Positions 7,155-17,076 of a stretch of DNA of 38,024 nt are shown piece by piece. Below the pieces are notes generated by a model that saw nothing but the letters and a program-made list of their open reading frames with translations, had not been told where the DNA came from and ran no database searches. A program made the position numbers and the translations under genes. Origin of the DNA: a virus (taxonomy: Duplodnaviria > Heunggongvirae > Uroviricota > Caudoviricetes); IMG/VR virus record IMGVR_UViG_2531839235_000024; one strand, 5' to 3'. Within the stretch, counting starts at the first letter, position 1. Every line of letters starts with the position of its first letter.

Positions 7155-7714
7155 TAAATAGTCTCCTCTTCATGGCTGTTTGCATACACGTAAATAAACG
7201 TCTGCCATGCAGGCTTATAACGGTTCAGAATACATTCCAGCGCACCGCCTTCATAAATACGCAGCGGCGTGAGAATATCATCCAGCACATTCATATTCCG
7301 GTAGCCGGTTTCACTGTTAATCGTGACAATACTGACCCACTGTGAATCCGGTGATGGCTGAATATCTATTTCATAACCAAACTCTGCCGCAAACCGGATA
7401 TAAAATTCACGGTTAAGAGAGGGTTTCATCCGGTATTTATTCCCGGCATAACGCTGACGCTCCTGAATTGTTGCGCCGGTCATATCACATTCCGGTAACC
7501 CCAGATAACGCTCCCAGTCTTCCAGCAGCAGACGGGATGAATCAGGAAAACGTTCTGCCAGCATCTGGTTACCGGTCCAGGAAACACGCTCCGTGGAATG
7601 ACTGAGGCCCAGGCACAAAGCCGCAAGAACGGATGACGGCCGCTTATCCCATGCCAGCCCGTCAGGCAGCAACTGCAACAGGGCACGCTGATGCGGGGTC
7701 AGGGTTACAGCCAT
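7154..7714 (-). CDS. Tail/baseplate protein, Mu gp48-like
   Basis: 186 aa, between the baseplate J-like gene and the tail fibre as in Mu; translationally coupled to S. Confidence 0.6.
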   Translation of the reverse strand: MAVTLTPHQRALLQLLPDGLAWDKRPSSVLAALCLGLSHSTERVSWTGNQMLAERFPDSSRLLLEDWERYLGLPECDMTGATIQERQRYAGNKYRMKPSLNREFYIRFAAEFGYEIDIQPSPDSQWVSIVTINSETGYRNMNVLDDILTPLRIYEGGALECILNRYKPAWQTFIYVYANSHEEETI

Positions 7715-8790
7715 GTGATTTCCCCCACGGTCAGCAACTCTGTATCTCCGGCCATCACGGACTTCAGCGGGCTGCGAACTTCAAAATCCTCCAGTCCTTT
7801 CACCCCTGCAACAGCCCGCCAGAATGATGAAGGCAATACAAGTCCACCCGGCCGCGATTCGTTATAAAGCAGGTCCGTTAATGCCTGTTTTACGGCAGCC
7901 TGATTTTCCGGCGTTTTGGGTACAATCCTGATCTCAAACGCCACCGGCTTATTGGTCAGCTTAAACACGCTGATTGTCGGCCCAAGTGGCTGACCAACGG
8001 GCTGGCCCGTCGCCGGATCATCATGACTGCGGATATAATCCGCCACCCGCTTCACATCACCTTCTCCGGGGAAAATGTCAGGGTTATTATCCTGAACAAA
8101 AGTCACACCAACACTACCCGCCTCAGGCCATTCAGGCTTACACCATGCCCGCGTCACGCCCGGTACTTCCCGTGCCCAGCGTTCAAAATCATACTGTGTT
8201 CCCCCTGATGGCGGGTTCTGTACCCGGAATACCAGCCTGGACAGCAACTCCGGCACCGTTTCCACATCCGCACCACCGGTGAGTCCCGTGCCGGTGACCG
8301 TGGCTGTCTGGTTGATGCCCGCCTGTGGCGTGATAAAGGACAGGCGGGTTCCGGTCGGGGTATTTCCAGCGCGCCCCGCACTTTCCGCCTCCACATTAAC
8401 ATTCAGTGTTCCGGCTTTTCCGGTCGCAGAGCCGGTGATGCGGTACACAACACCATCGCTTCGCTGAAGGAGTACGCCTTCCGTGATCCCTGCATCCGTG
8501 GTCAGCATCAGTTGTACCGGTCCGTCAGCGCGGGAAGCCGGTTTACGGATGACACCCCAGAATGCGCAGTGTTTCAGGAGTTCGGCTTCATCAGCTTCTG
8601 TCGGAATTATCTGCCGGGAGATCCAGGCCAGATGTTCATGCTCCTGTGCTGACAGACCCGCCAGTGCATACGCAATGGCATTCAGGGTGGTTTCATTCAC
8701 GCCCGGCTGCGAACCGGGCAGGCGCTGGCTGATATCCTGTTGTGTCTGTGTGATCAGTTGCGCCAGTGGTAAGGGCTGATAAGGCATCAT
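7705..8790 (-). CDS. Baseplate J-like protein (Mu gp47-like)
   Basis: 361 aa; size and position in the baseplate cluster. Confidence 0.7.
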   Translation of the reverse strand: MMPYQPLPLAQLITQTQQDISQRLPGSQPGVNETTLNAIAYALAGLSAQEHEHLAWISRQIIPTEADEAELLKHCAFWGVIRKPASRADGPVQLMLTTDAGITEGVLLQRSDGVVYRITGSATGKAGTLNVNVEAESAGRAGNTPTGTRLSFITPQAGINQTATVTGTGLTGGADVETVPELLSRLVFRVQNPPSGGTQYDFERWAREVPGVTRAWCKPEWPEAGSVGVTFVQDNNPDIFPGEGDVKRVADYIRSHDDPATGQPVGQPLGPTISVFKLTNKPVAFEIRIVPKTPENQAAVKQALTDLLYNESRPGGLVLPSSFWRAVAGVKGLEDFEVRSPLKSVMAGDTELLTVGEITWL

Positions 8791-9224
8791 TCCCCCTTCA
8801 TATCAGCATAAAAAATCATCGGATGTCTGCTTCCGTCCGGCAGGGTGATTTTCACGGAAAGCGAAAGGCGAGCATGCCCCACACGCATGGCATGACATAC
8901 CACGGATGTGGCAGCACCGCTTTTATGCAGCCACGCCAGCGCTTCATCAGCATAGGCCTGTGCACGGCTGACCACGGAGGACAGCGTCTTTTCACGGCTT
9001 AACAGCCAGAGACGGGAGCCAACGGGGCGCTCCCGGAAACTGTCTCCCCACCATCCCCGACGGTCACGGGTGCCGTCAGGGATTTCATCGGAATCCAGCG
9101 CCCGCCTGTCCGTAAACAGTGAAATAATGACCGCAGTCAGCAGGCTGTTATCCGTCAGAAGATCTGCGCCGTTCAGTTGCAGGGAACCGCAACCCTGATC
9201 CCAGACGACAGCAATATCAGCCAT
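8787..9224 (-). CDS. Baseplate protein, GP46 family (Mu gp46-like)
   Basis: Start trimmed to the internal Met (MADIAVVWDQG...) to remove a 220-nt overlap with the upstream gene; about 145 aa. Confidence 0.6.
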   Translation of the reverse strand: MADIAVVWDQGCGSLQLNGADLLTDNSLLTAVIISLFTDRRALDSDEIPDGTRDRRGWWGDSFRERPVGSRLWLLSREKTLSSVVSRAQAYADEALAWLHKSGAATSVVCHAMRVGHARLSLSVKITLPDGSRHPMIFYADMKGE

Positions 9225-9831
9225 TCTCTGGTCCTCCCGTTTTGCTGCCTTCACCGTTATCGTGATGCACATGACCTGAATAGGTGATCCCGGCAATAAC
9301 CGCTTCGGACATCGTGAACGTCCCCTGTGATCTTCCGGTGCCGTCAATGGACACATTGCCTTTGACATGCAGGTTCTTATCCACTGTGACATTACCGGTA
9401 AAGTGAGCCTCCGGTGTATCCACCTGAACACCTTCATCGGCGTAAATCTCCAGCGTCTTACAGGTCACAATGATCCGGCCGTTCTTTGTCAGACGTATAC
9501 GGTGCCCCTCATGGTGATACACGCCGGTATCTCCGGCGGTAAGTCCGGTCGGGCGACTGCGGCGGTCTTCCACCACAAGCACCACGGCCTGATCCCGTTG
9601 TCCGCCAGCACAGGCCAGAAAAACTTCCGCACCAGGCAGGGGGACGCTGATTTGCCCGTACTGCTGGGGGCGTTCAACGTCATCAAAGGTTTCACCATCC
9701 ATACCGGTGATTTGCACATTCTGGATTTTCATCGTGTCCGTTGTGCCGGTCAGTACACCACGCCCGAACAGCAGACGAACACCCCGCATCACGGGGGCCA
9801 GAAGGCGGCTGATGACTTCGTCATTCATCAT
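9217..9831 (-). CDS. Baseplate assembly/spike protein V-like (Mu gp45-like)
   Basis: 204 aa; position and size. Confidence 0.6.
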   Translation of the reverse strand: MMNDEVISRLLAPVMRGVRLLFGRGVLTGTTDTMKIQNVQITGMDGETFDDVERPQQYGQISVPLPGAEVFLACAGGQRDQAVVLVVEDRRSRPTGLTAGDTGVYHHEGHRIRLTKNGRIIVTCKTLEIYADEGVQVDTPEAHFTGNVTVDKNLHVKGNVSIDGTGRSQGTFTMSEAVIAGITYSGHVHHDNGEGSKTGGPENG

Positions 9832-10945
9832 TGAATTTAATCCCCTGTTTTTTCATCTGTGCCCGCACGAAGGCGTCCACGTCACCCGCATTTCCGCTTC
9901 CGCTGTTTCCCGGCTCTGCCGGAACAATAAAGCCGTCACGGGGTGCCAGAATCAGACGGGTGGTTTCGCCGTGATTTGCATCCAGCGAAAACTCCACCTG
10001 ACAGACAAGAAGATCACGCTCTTCCACTCCGGTGCGGGGAGCCGTGACAGCCGTCAGCAGGTTGATATCCCACAACTGGCCGTTCTCCCGAAACCAGTGC
10101 CGCACGGTGGCTGTCAGGCGCACAGAGCGGGCAACCGCCCGGCGCATTTCCCGGACAGCCCTCTGGCGTGCACCGTCTGCATCAACAGCATGATCCGCCA
10201 GCACAATTTTCGGTCTGTAACGGTGGATGGCACTGTCTGTCACCGTACCAACGGGTGCGGCCAGCGTTCCGGCTGTCAGTGCATCCCCGGCATGACCACC
10301 ACCACGCCCGTGCCCCCGTACACGGTATTCACTGTGGCGCAGACGGTGATCCACGTTGTGATCCAAATCCAGCAGATTTTCGCCCAGCGTCAGCGTGTCG
10401 CCACGCTGACTGCCGGCCTGAGTGAAAACCAGTTCACCGGCGGCATTACTGGTTACCAGGACGCCTCTGTGTCTCGCGGCCCGTGTCAGCGCATCTGCCA
10501 CGGTTTCTGAGTTTTCCAGTGTGAAGGTGGAAAAGGGCCGGGCTGCCGTTGCATCATTTACCTGCCAGCGCACCGTGACCCCGAACGGAGCACACAAATC
10601 TGAAGCAATGTGCTCCAGCGTGCGGTTCCTCCACTGGCTGCCCGGATGAATGGCTGAACAGTCCACCAGGTCACCGGTTTTATCCCGTCCGCTGAGCGTG
10701 ATCTGAAAACGCGTGGCGCTGATGCGCTGCCGGACCTGATCCAGCCAGCCAGTGATCACAGGCTGACCGTCAATGCGCAATTCCAGAGACTGACCGGCAC
10801 GGACGGATGACGGAAGGCGTACACCGGGCATCATTACCCCCAGTTCAAAGGAGCCCGCCAGATGTTCAAGAGAGCGACGAACACTCACCGTCAGCCAGCC
10901 GGAAAAAATCTCACCGCCCAGATACAGTTCAACCCTGCTGCTCAC
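9821..10945 (-). CDS. Baseplate hub protein (Mu P/gp44-like)
   Basis: 374 aa versus about 379 aa for Mu P; position. Confidence 0.65.
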   Translation of the reverse strand: MSSRVELYLGGEIFSGWLTVSVRRSLEHLAGSFELGVMMPGVRLPSSVRAGQSLELRIDGQPVITGWLDQVRQRISATRFQITLSGRDKTGDLVDCSAIHPGSQWRNRTLEHIASDLCAPFGVTVRWQVNDATAARPFSTFTLENSETVADALTRAARHRGVLVTSNAAGELVFTQAGSQRGDTLTLGENLLDLDHNVDHRLRHSEYRVRGHGRGGGHAGDALTAGTLAAPVGTVTDSAIHRYRPKIVLADHAVDADGARQRAVREMRRAVARSVRLTATVRHWFRENGQLWDINLLTAVTAPRTGVEERDLLVCQVEFSLDANHGETTRLILAPRDGFIVPAEPGNSGSGNAGDVDAFVRAQMKKQGIKFNDE

Positions 10946-12299
10946 TAATCACCTCCACTGAATGGCCTCCGGGAATGAACAGCGGATCAACAATACCGTT
11001 ACGGCGCACAAAACGTTGCCAGCCGGTACTGTTCCCGGTGGCACGGTACAGGGTCACCAGTGCAGGCTCGGTGGTACGTACAGTCACTACTGTTGCACCG
11101 GGTAGCTGAACTCCCCGTGTATTCAGATCCTCTGTCAGTGCCAGTCTGGCATCACGAAGCGTCAGCGCCGTGGCGGTATACCCCTGCCCGGACAGTGTCA
11201 TCACCTGCCGTTCGAGCGCTTCGCTTAAGTCACGGTTAATGCGCTGAAGATCAACTGAACTTTCCAGCCAGACAGGCCAGGTACGGTGGGCTGCGTCACT
11301 GTCCGGCAGGGTTTCCTGACTGAGAACCTGATCCAGCAGTTTTCCCACGGTCTGTGCCTGGGCCACCACGGCAGCACTCTGCATTACCGCCCGTATCAGA
11401 CGAATATTCTTTTGTGCTGCCGGTGTCAGACCGATGAGAGTCTGCGGATTATCCTGCTCATCCAGCACGTAACGCAGGGAAGATAATGTCCTGTACAGTT
11501 GCGGCATTCCCTGAGAGACGGCGGATGTCGTCCGGCCGATACTGCCACCGGGCCGGGTATTCAGGCCTCCTGAAGACAGTGACGGCAGCGATGGCAGGGT
11601 GATCAGGGCACTGAAAAGCCCCGCAAAAGATGAGGCCATGCGGGAAGGTGCTGTCAGTAATGCCGTGGCATTCCCTTTCAGCGCCGTGAACGTGGCAGTA
11701 AAGGCACTGATATCCTGTACAATCCCCATGCCGGAAACGGCATTTTCCAGGGCGGACACCTTATCGCTGATGGTTTCGGTCATTGCCTGGACATCGTGCA
11801 TTCCGTCAGAAATCACCGTCCAGCCCGCTTCCAGGGTTTCAAAAACCTTCCCGAGCGCGGTGGTACTCTTCTGCTCCAGAATGGCGGCCGTGTCCTGTGT
11901 GACAGCAGGTGCGGTATCATCACTTACCGGCGTGACATTAATGGTGAACTCAACCACGCCCTGTTCAGCAGCGTTATAACGACTTTCAAAGCTGTTTATC
12001 AGCACATTTAACGTGCCGTAATCCGGGTGAAGCAGCTCCCCGGCACCGGGTGCACGAAGGGCATCACGCAGACGATTTCGCTGTGTCTGAACATCATCCC
12101 CCATCACAAGTACACTGAACGTAAATTCAGCCAGTTTAGGTCCCAGATCGTCTGCACCACCGGTTTCCCGTAACGGATATTCCCGACGGACAATGTTTCG
12201 CCCGCCACGTTCGCGCTGCTCACGCCAGACGAGGAACGGCACACCACGGAACGCACCACGACCGTCACCAGAGGCCATAATTCCCTCCGTTCCAGACAT
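10929..12299 (-). CDS. DNA circularisation protein N-like (Mu gp43-like)
   Basis: 456 aa; sits between the tape measure and the baseplate hub as in Mu. Confidence 0.65.
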   Translation of the reverse strand: MSGTEGIMASGDGRGAFRGVPFLVWREQRERGGRNIVRREYPLRETGGADDLGPKLAEFTFSVLVMGDDVQTQRNRLRDALRAPGAGELLHPDYGTLNVLINSFESRYNAAEQGVVEFTINVTPVSDDTAPAVTQDTAAILEQKSTTALGKVFETLEAGWTVISDGMHDVQAMTETISDKVSALENAVSGMGIVQDISAFTATFTALKGNATALLTAPSRMASSFAGLFSALITLPSLPSLSSGGLNTRPGGSIGRTTSAVSQGMPQLYRTLSSLRYVLDEQDNPQTLIGLTPAAQKNIRLIRAVMQSAAVVAQAQTVGKLLDQVLSQETLPDSDAAHRTWPVWLESSVDLQRINRDLSEALERQVMTLSGQGYTATALTLRDARLALTEDLNTRGVQLPGATVVTVRTTEPALVTLYRATGNSTGWQRFVRRNGIVDPLFIPGGHSVEVISEQQG

Positions 12300-14340
12300 T
12301 CACATCCAGTCCGTGACCGGACGTGTCATCAATATTAATACTGCGAGCCTGCCACCCTTCCGGGGCAACCAGCTCCACACGGGCAGAGGCTTTTTGTACC
12401 GCCTGTCCACTGCTTTCATCATCACTGCCCCGTAATTTCTGCCAGGCTTCAGTCAGCCATCCCCCCAGATAGTTACCGAGATAGCTGCCCACCGTAGAAC
12501 CAATGGCAATCCCCACAGGTCCGGCTGCCGCCCCCAGCGCACCACCGGCAATACTGCCTGCAAGAGAGCCGACCGCTTCTCCCTTGTCTGTGGCACTGGC
12601 GCTGCCATCCAGCAGAACCGGGGCTGCCATCGCGCCAGCCCACAGGGCACCTCCACCCAGCCGGCCGGCCAGTCCACCGGCACTGCGGAAAAAGCCGGAG
12701 AAACGCCCCAGCCCCATGCGGCTACCGACAGACGAAAGTAACCCACCGGCGCGCCCCATCATGCGCCCCCAGAACCCTGCCCCACCAGAAGAGGGAGACG
12801 GTGGCACTGGGGACGGTGGCAGGGGAGGCGTGACCGGTCTTCCGCGCCCCGGTCCGCGTTTCCTGCGGCCCCGCCCCTGACGTCCGCCTGAGGATGTATC
12901 GGTCGCGCCGGTGCCGGACAGTCCTCCTGTGGGCCAGTTTGTTACAAGTACTGGCTGAACGGCTGCCGGATTTACCCCGGTAAGAAAGTTTATAAAACGT
13001 TGCCCTCGTCCCTGAGATGTGCCTGGTGGTGTTCCGGCCGGAGGAGAGCGCCGGAAAGGTGAAGTCAGGAAGGCCGCCGCTGATAATCCGTATCCCAGCA
13101 ATGCAGCACCCGGACGTATAATCCCCGTTCCGACAGCCCGCGCCATTTTCAGGGCACGGGTGGCGAGATACATGTACAGCAGGTATTTCGCGGCGGTCTG
13201 TGCCCCCTGACCAATGCGATTCAGCGCATCACCATAGCCCGCATCCCGCAGAGCCTGAAGCGTGTCGCGTACCTTTCTGATCGCCTGATAAAACCCTGTC
13301 ACTGCATCACGGGCATACTCAAAGCCCTGGTTCATGGCTGATGCCGTGCTTTCCGCCAGGGAATGGTAACTGCCATCAGATTTGGCACTGTCAACCCATG
13401 AAAGAAATCCCCTGAGATTACCCTTCAGTTTTTCAAATGGCCCACTGTCCATCACATCCCGGGCAAACTGGTCCCAGACGTCACCCATCATGGCCGTCAG
13501 GCCACTCCAGGAATTCATTGCGTCCTTTTGTGCTCCCCTGGCCTGTTCCGCCAGCGTCTGAAATAACAGGCGAATACTGTCCGGCCCAAGCAGCCCTTTT
13601 TCACCAAGTTTTCTGACCACTTTCTGGTCCACACCCAGACGATCAGCCAGCACGCGGTAGGCATTAATGCCGTAGGTGGCAAGAATATTTGCATCCGCCG
13701 CCTGAATACTGCCTCTTGCATACATCTGTTTCAGTTGCAGGGATGCCCCCTGTGCATCGGACAGTGACCAGCCGCCCACGGCCCCCTGATCCTGAAGCAT
13801 GGTGACAAAATTTCGGGCCTCCCTGTCACTCATACCAAAGCCCAGACTGGACGTATATTCCTGCATGACGCCAGCCAGCCCCCAGGTGGTTTCCTTCGCA
13901 TTCTGTATTGCCCACCTGCGGACATCATCCGTTTTCGCCCGATCCCCTTTGTAAAGGGAGTTCAGGCGAATCATATAGGTTTCCATCTCCGCTGCCGGGC
14001 GAATAAATCCCCGGTTAAAGCCATATACAGCAGCACCACCGGCCAGCATTCCGTAAAGATTGCTGATCCGCCCGATGGTGCCGGTAATACTGCCCTGAAG
14101 ACGGTCAAAATCAGAAGTGACATGGCGGATACTGCCCCGCACCCCGGCCAGCGTGCGCTGCATCCTGCTTCCGAGTACATCTGTTTCCTGCCCGGCACGG
14201 CGGGCAGCATTTCCCAGGCCACCCAGCCCCGCCTGGCCGGAGCGTGAGAATGCCCCCAGCTCCTGTGACCACTGGCGGGATTTGGCTGAGATATTGCCGA
14301 GCAAATCAACTATCAGAGATGCTCTGAGATTTCGGGCCAT
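12265..14340 (-). CDS. Tail tape measure protein
   Basis: 691 aa with a long Gly/Ala-rich, glycine-zipper-like C-terminal region and a Pro/Arg/Gly-rich low-complexity stretch; position after the tube and chaperone. Confidence 0.7.
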   Translation of the reverse strand: MARNLRASLIVDLLGNISAKSRQWSQELGAFSRSGQAGLGGLGNAARRAGQETDVLGSRMQRTLAGVRGSIRHVTSDFDRLQGSITGTIGRISNLYGMLAGGAAVYGFNRGFIRPAAEMETYMIRLNSLYKGDRAKTDDVRRWAIQNAKETTWGLAGVMQEYTSSLGFGMSDREARNFVTMLQDQGAVGGWSLSDAQGASLQLKQMYARGSIQAADANILATYGINAYRVLADRLGVDQKVVRKLGEKGLLGPDSIRLLFQTLAEQARGAQKDAMNSWSGLTAMMGDVWDQFARDVMDSGPFEKLKGNLRGFLSWVDSAKSDGSYHSLAESTASAMNQGFEYARDAVTGFYQAIRKVRDTLQALRDAGYGDALNRIGQGAQTAAKYLLYMYLATRALKMARAVGTGIIRPGAALLGYGLSAAAFLTSPFRRSPPAGTPPGTSQGRGQRFINFLTGVNPAAVQPVLVTNWPTGGLSGTGATDTSSGGRQGRGRRKRGPGRGRPVTPPLPPSPVPPSPSSGGAGFWGRMMGRAGGLLSSVGSRMGLGRFSGFFRSAGGLAGRLGGGALWAGAMAAPVLLDGSASATDKGEAVGSLAGSIAGGALGAAAGPVGIAIGSTVGSYLGNYLGGWLTEAWQKLRGSDDESSGQAVQKASARVELVAPEGWQARSINIDDTSGHGLDVNVWNGGNYGLW

Positions 14341-14466
14341 ACTTACTGCTTCGTTCTGATGATTTTTTCTGTCTGTCGGCAGTGCCGGTAAAGTTGCGAC
14401 AGGGGGAGGTTAAGCGCCCATTCCGGACCGCTTTTTGTCACCATCCCCAGGATAATTGCCGCTTCT

Positions 14467-14961
14467 TCAATCTGATCCCGACACTGCGCCTGATCGCCCC
14501 CGGTCAGCTGCCAGCTTTCCGGCAAGCGCGGTATCCAGCAGGCTGACCGCTGCCATCAGGCGGGAGAGATCGCGCTCGCTTAACTGTCCAATCTGACGGG
14601 GTGACAACGGACCTTCAATGTCTCCCACTGCGGCAATCTGACGGCGCAGCAGTGCAACACCGCGTAACGACGGAGACGCTATCAGCATCGGGCCATTGTT
14701 TGTCTCCACCACGCGCTCGGCTTCTGCTTCTGCGTCAATACTGTCTTTCGCTGTCAGTTCCCGGAACGTGACACGATATTCACGGGTCTCACCAAACGGC
14801 AGACCATCAAGCAGATCCACATATCCCTTTGCCAGTTGCTCTGTCAGCCCGGCAGTGCGTGGATCAGCCCCCTCAAGTGCTTCCCGGATTGCCTCCATCA
14901 CGGCTGCCTCGGAAACTGCCGTTTTTTTCTTACGTGTGGTCATTTTATTTTTCCTGATCAC
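14467..14961 (-). CDS. Tail assembly chaperone (Mu gp41-like)
   Basis: 164 aa; between the tail tube and tape measure. Confidence 0.55.
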   Translation of the reverse strand: MIRKNKMTTRKKKTAVSEAAVMEAIREALEGADPRTAGLTEQLAKGYVDLLDGLPFGETREYRVTFRELTAKDSIDAEAEAERVVETNNGPMLIASPSLRGVALLRRQIAAVGDIEGPLSPRQIGQLSERDLSRLMAAVSLLDTALAGKLAADRGRSGAVSGSD

Positions 14962-15323
14962 TGAACACGGGTACTGGTGGCGCTGGCGAACTTCACGGAG
15001 ATCTCCCCGCCACCGTCAAGCGAGGCCGGTTCACTGCTCCAGGCCTTCGTCATCATGTGGACTTCGCCGGTATCCGCCACAAACTCGATAGTGACCGCAG
15101 TCCAGTTGTTGATTTCATCAGCGGCTGGTGAGCCTTCTCCGCCTGCCGGAAATTTGCAGTCCAGCGTCGCTTCACGTGGTTTCTGGCGGTAACCATAGAC
15201 TTTCGCGCCTTTCACCACTTCACGTTCAAAACCTGACGGAGAAAATGTAGCCCCCTCAAGCGTCTCGTATTCCTGACCGTTCACACGGATAGTGGCCGTG
15301 CCCTGATACTGTTTTCCGCTCAT
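14958..15323 (-). CDS. Tail tube protein (Mu M-like)
   Basis: 121 aa versus about 118 aa in Mu; directly downstream of the sheath gene. Confidence 0.65.
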   Translation of the reverse strand: MSGKQYQGTATIRVNGQEYETLEGATFSPSGFEREVVKGAKVYGYRQKPREATLDCKFPAGGEGSPAADEINNWTAVTIEFVADTGEVHMMTKAWSSEPASLDGGGEISVKFASATSTRVQ

Positions 15324-15331
15324 GCCTTACC

Positions 15332-16834
15332 TCACAAAATGAAACGGATCTGTGCTGCCAGGAAGCGGAACTGGTTAACCAGATCCGGCGTGCATAACAC
15401 GTCAAGACGGTTTCGATCTGACGCATTACGCTCCACAAGCAGATTCTTTTTAAAGGTGTCCAGATTTTCGACCAGCCCGAGTTCCACCCACTCTTCACCC
15501 AGCGAAATTAACTGAAGCTTCATGATCTCCGGCGTCACGATATTCTGACCGGCACGAACGGGCGTCCCGTCATCAGCCAGTTTATGGCGCGGAAAACGTT
15601 GTGTGATAAAAGTACGCAGGGAATAACGCAGCCAGGAGAGGGTGTAGATGGTTTCCACATCCAGATAGCTGGGATCACTTTCGCCGTACACGTTCTGGCG
15701 ATACATGGTCACCTGACGTTCGATCTGAACCACATCACCGGCAGCCACACTGACCGTGGCAATCCCTCCCCACAGCAGACTGTTACGCTCTTCACGCGTC
15801 AGACGATCGGCCGGGGCCGGGGCCATGCGTGACGGAAGCGCCAGCGTCTGAAGCGGACGCGCAGGATCTGCCCCCAGAGACGGCGCACAGGTGGCACAGA
15901 CCGCCGCTGCCCAGAGGTAATCCGGTTCAGGGGCTTTGGGAATGGATGTGCAGGTCGCCAGAAAATCATTGCGTTTTGCCCCGAATGCCTGCACCTCACC
16001 AAACGTGCCGGTATGTGCCAGCCACAGCACGCCGTCAGACATTTTGGCCGGTCCCCAGCGTTTCAGAAGCTCATCACTGATGATTTTCAGGTTTGCATCA
16101 TCCTTATAGGGCATGACGACATAGTTGTACTGGCGATCGCCCATCCCCGCCACGCTTCGGGTGATATCCGGGTTAGCCGCTTTTTGTTTCGGATAGGCTA
16201 TAGCGACCTGTATTCCTTCCGGGGTTGCTTCCCCGTCGTGATAGTTCAGGCGCACATCATGAACGGAGCATTCACCGGTAAAGCGGGCGGTGATCCCCAG
16301 AGACCCTTTCAGACCTGCGCCATTATCACCACTTCCTGCACCAGAGGAGGCCGTGAAGGGCGCGTCAGGATCGGCATTGATCAGCGCGGCCAGCTCGTCG
16401 GTCAGTTCTTTGCCTTTCTTACCTTTTGGTGCCGGGAGTGTATAACGCCGCCCCCCCACGCAGGCATAAACAATCCCGTCACGGGTGACCGTTCCGGTCA
16501 GATTCATGGCCGCAGCCGTTGCCTGTCCGGTGCCGTTCCCCTGAGCAATGGCATACAGTTCAGCATCAGGATTGATGGCGATAAATTCCGCCACCATCAG
16601 GGCAATCATGGAACCGCGCCCCCAGAGTTCTGTTGCCTGAGACGCACGGGTGATCCTGACCGGAACATCCAGAACACCGGCACCGTCCACGGCATTCTCT
16701 TTCATTCTCGCCTGACCAAACAGCAGCACACACTGACGCTGTGCCGGAGTGCCGGTGACAGCCATGGAGTTATTAAACTCAACCTCAATCAGCGGTATAC
16801 GGCGGTCATTACCGATCCCGTCAAAATTAATCAT
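15332..16834 (-). CDS. Contractile tail sheath protein (Mu L-like)
   Basis: 500 aa versus about 495 aa in Mu; position. Confidence 0.75.
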   Translation of the reverse strand: MINFDGIGNDRRIPLIEVEFNNSMAVTGTPAQRQCVLLFGQARMKENAVDGAGVLDVPVRITRASQATELWGRGSMIALMVAEFIAINPDAELYAIAQGNGTGQATAAAMNLTGTVTRDGIVYACVGGRRYTLPAPKGKKGKELTDELAALINADPDAPFTASSGAGSGDNGAGLKGSLGITARFTGECSVHDVRLNYHDGEATPEGIQVAIAYPKQKAANPDITRSVAGMGDRQYNYVVMPYKDDANLKIISDELLKRWGPAKMSDGVLWLAHTGTFGEVQAFGAKRNDFLATCTSIPKAPEPDYLWAAAVCATCAPSLGADPARPLQTLALPSRMAPAPADRLTREERNSLLWGGIATVSVAAGDVVQIERQVTMYRQNVYGESDPSYLDVETIYTLSWLRYSLRTFITQRFPRHKLADDGTPVRAGQNIVTPEIMKLQLISLGEEWVELGLVENLDTFKKNLLVERNASDRNRLDVLCTPDLVNQFRFLAAQIRFIL

Positions 16835-17076
16835 TGCGGTTTCTCCTTATCGGATGCCGGTTGGGCGACCGGTTTTTCTGTCGCAGTCGTTGCATCCGCA
16901 GATACAGCCGGAGCCTCTTCAGCTGCTTTTTCAGCCTGAATGACATCGCCGTCATCAAGACGCCGACACCAGAACGGCGTAAAGGGCTTTTCCTCCCCCT
17001 CCTGTGCCAGCGGGCGCATTGTGTCGGGATCACGAATCAGGCGTCCCGGCGCGGGTTTGATAAAGATGGTTTTCAT
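16831..17076 (-). CDS. Mu gp38-like small protein
   Basis: 81 aa, overlapping start/stop with neighbours in the head-tail joining cluster. Confidence 0.5.
   Translation of the reverse strand: MKTIFIKPAPGRLIRDPDTMRPLAQEGEEKPFTPFWCRRLDDGDVIQAEKAAEEAPAVSADATTATEKPVAQPASDKEKPQ

Noticed and set aside
9707-10510. Long plus-strand ORFs inside the structural region (for example 9707-10510, 16013-16939, 18882-19526, 19397-19960, 23622-24221, 35759-36256, 36548-37066)
   Set aside because: All lie antisense to large, colinear Mu-like structural or transposition genes with coupled stop/start codons; their Arg/Cys/His-rich translations are typical of spurious ORFs in GC-rich DNA.
12503-12880. 125-aa Pro-rich plus-strand ORF
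   Set aside because: Mirror image of the Gly/Pro/Arg-rich low-complexity region of the tape measure gene on the opposite strand.
14343-14470. Lambda-type -1 programmed frameshift from the tail chaperone into the gap before the tape measure gene
   Set aside because: The -1 frame carries a stop at 14438-14440, downstream of the chaperone stop, so no overlap exists for a -1 slip.
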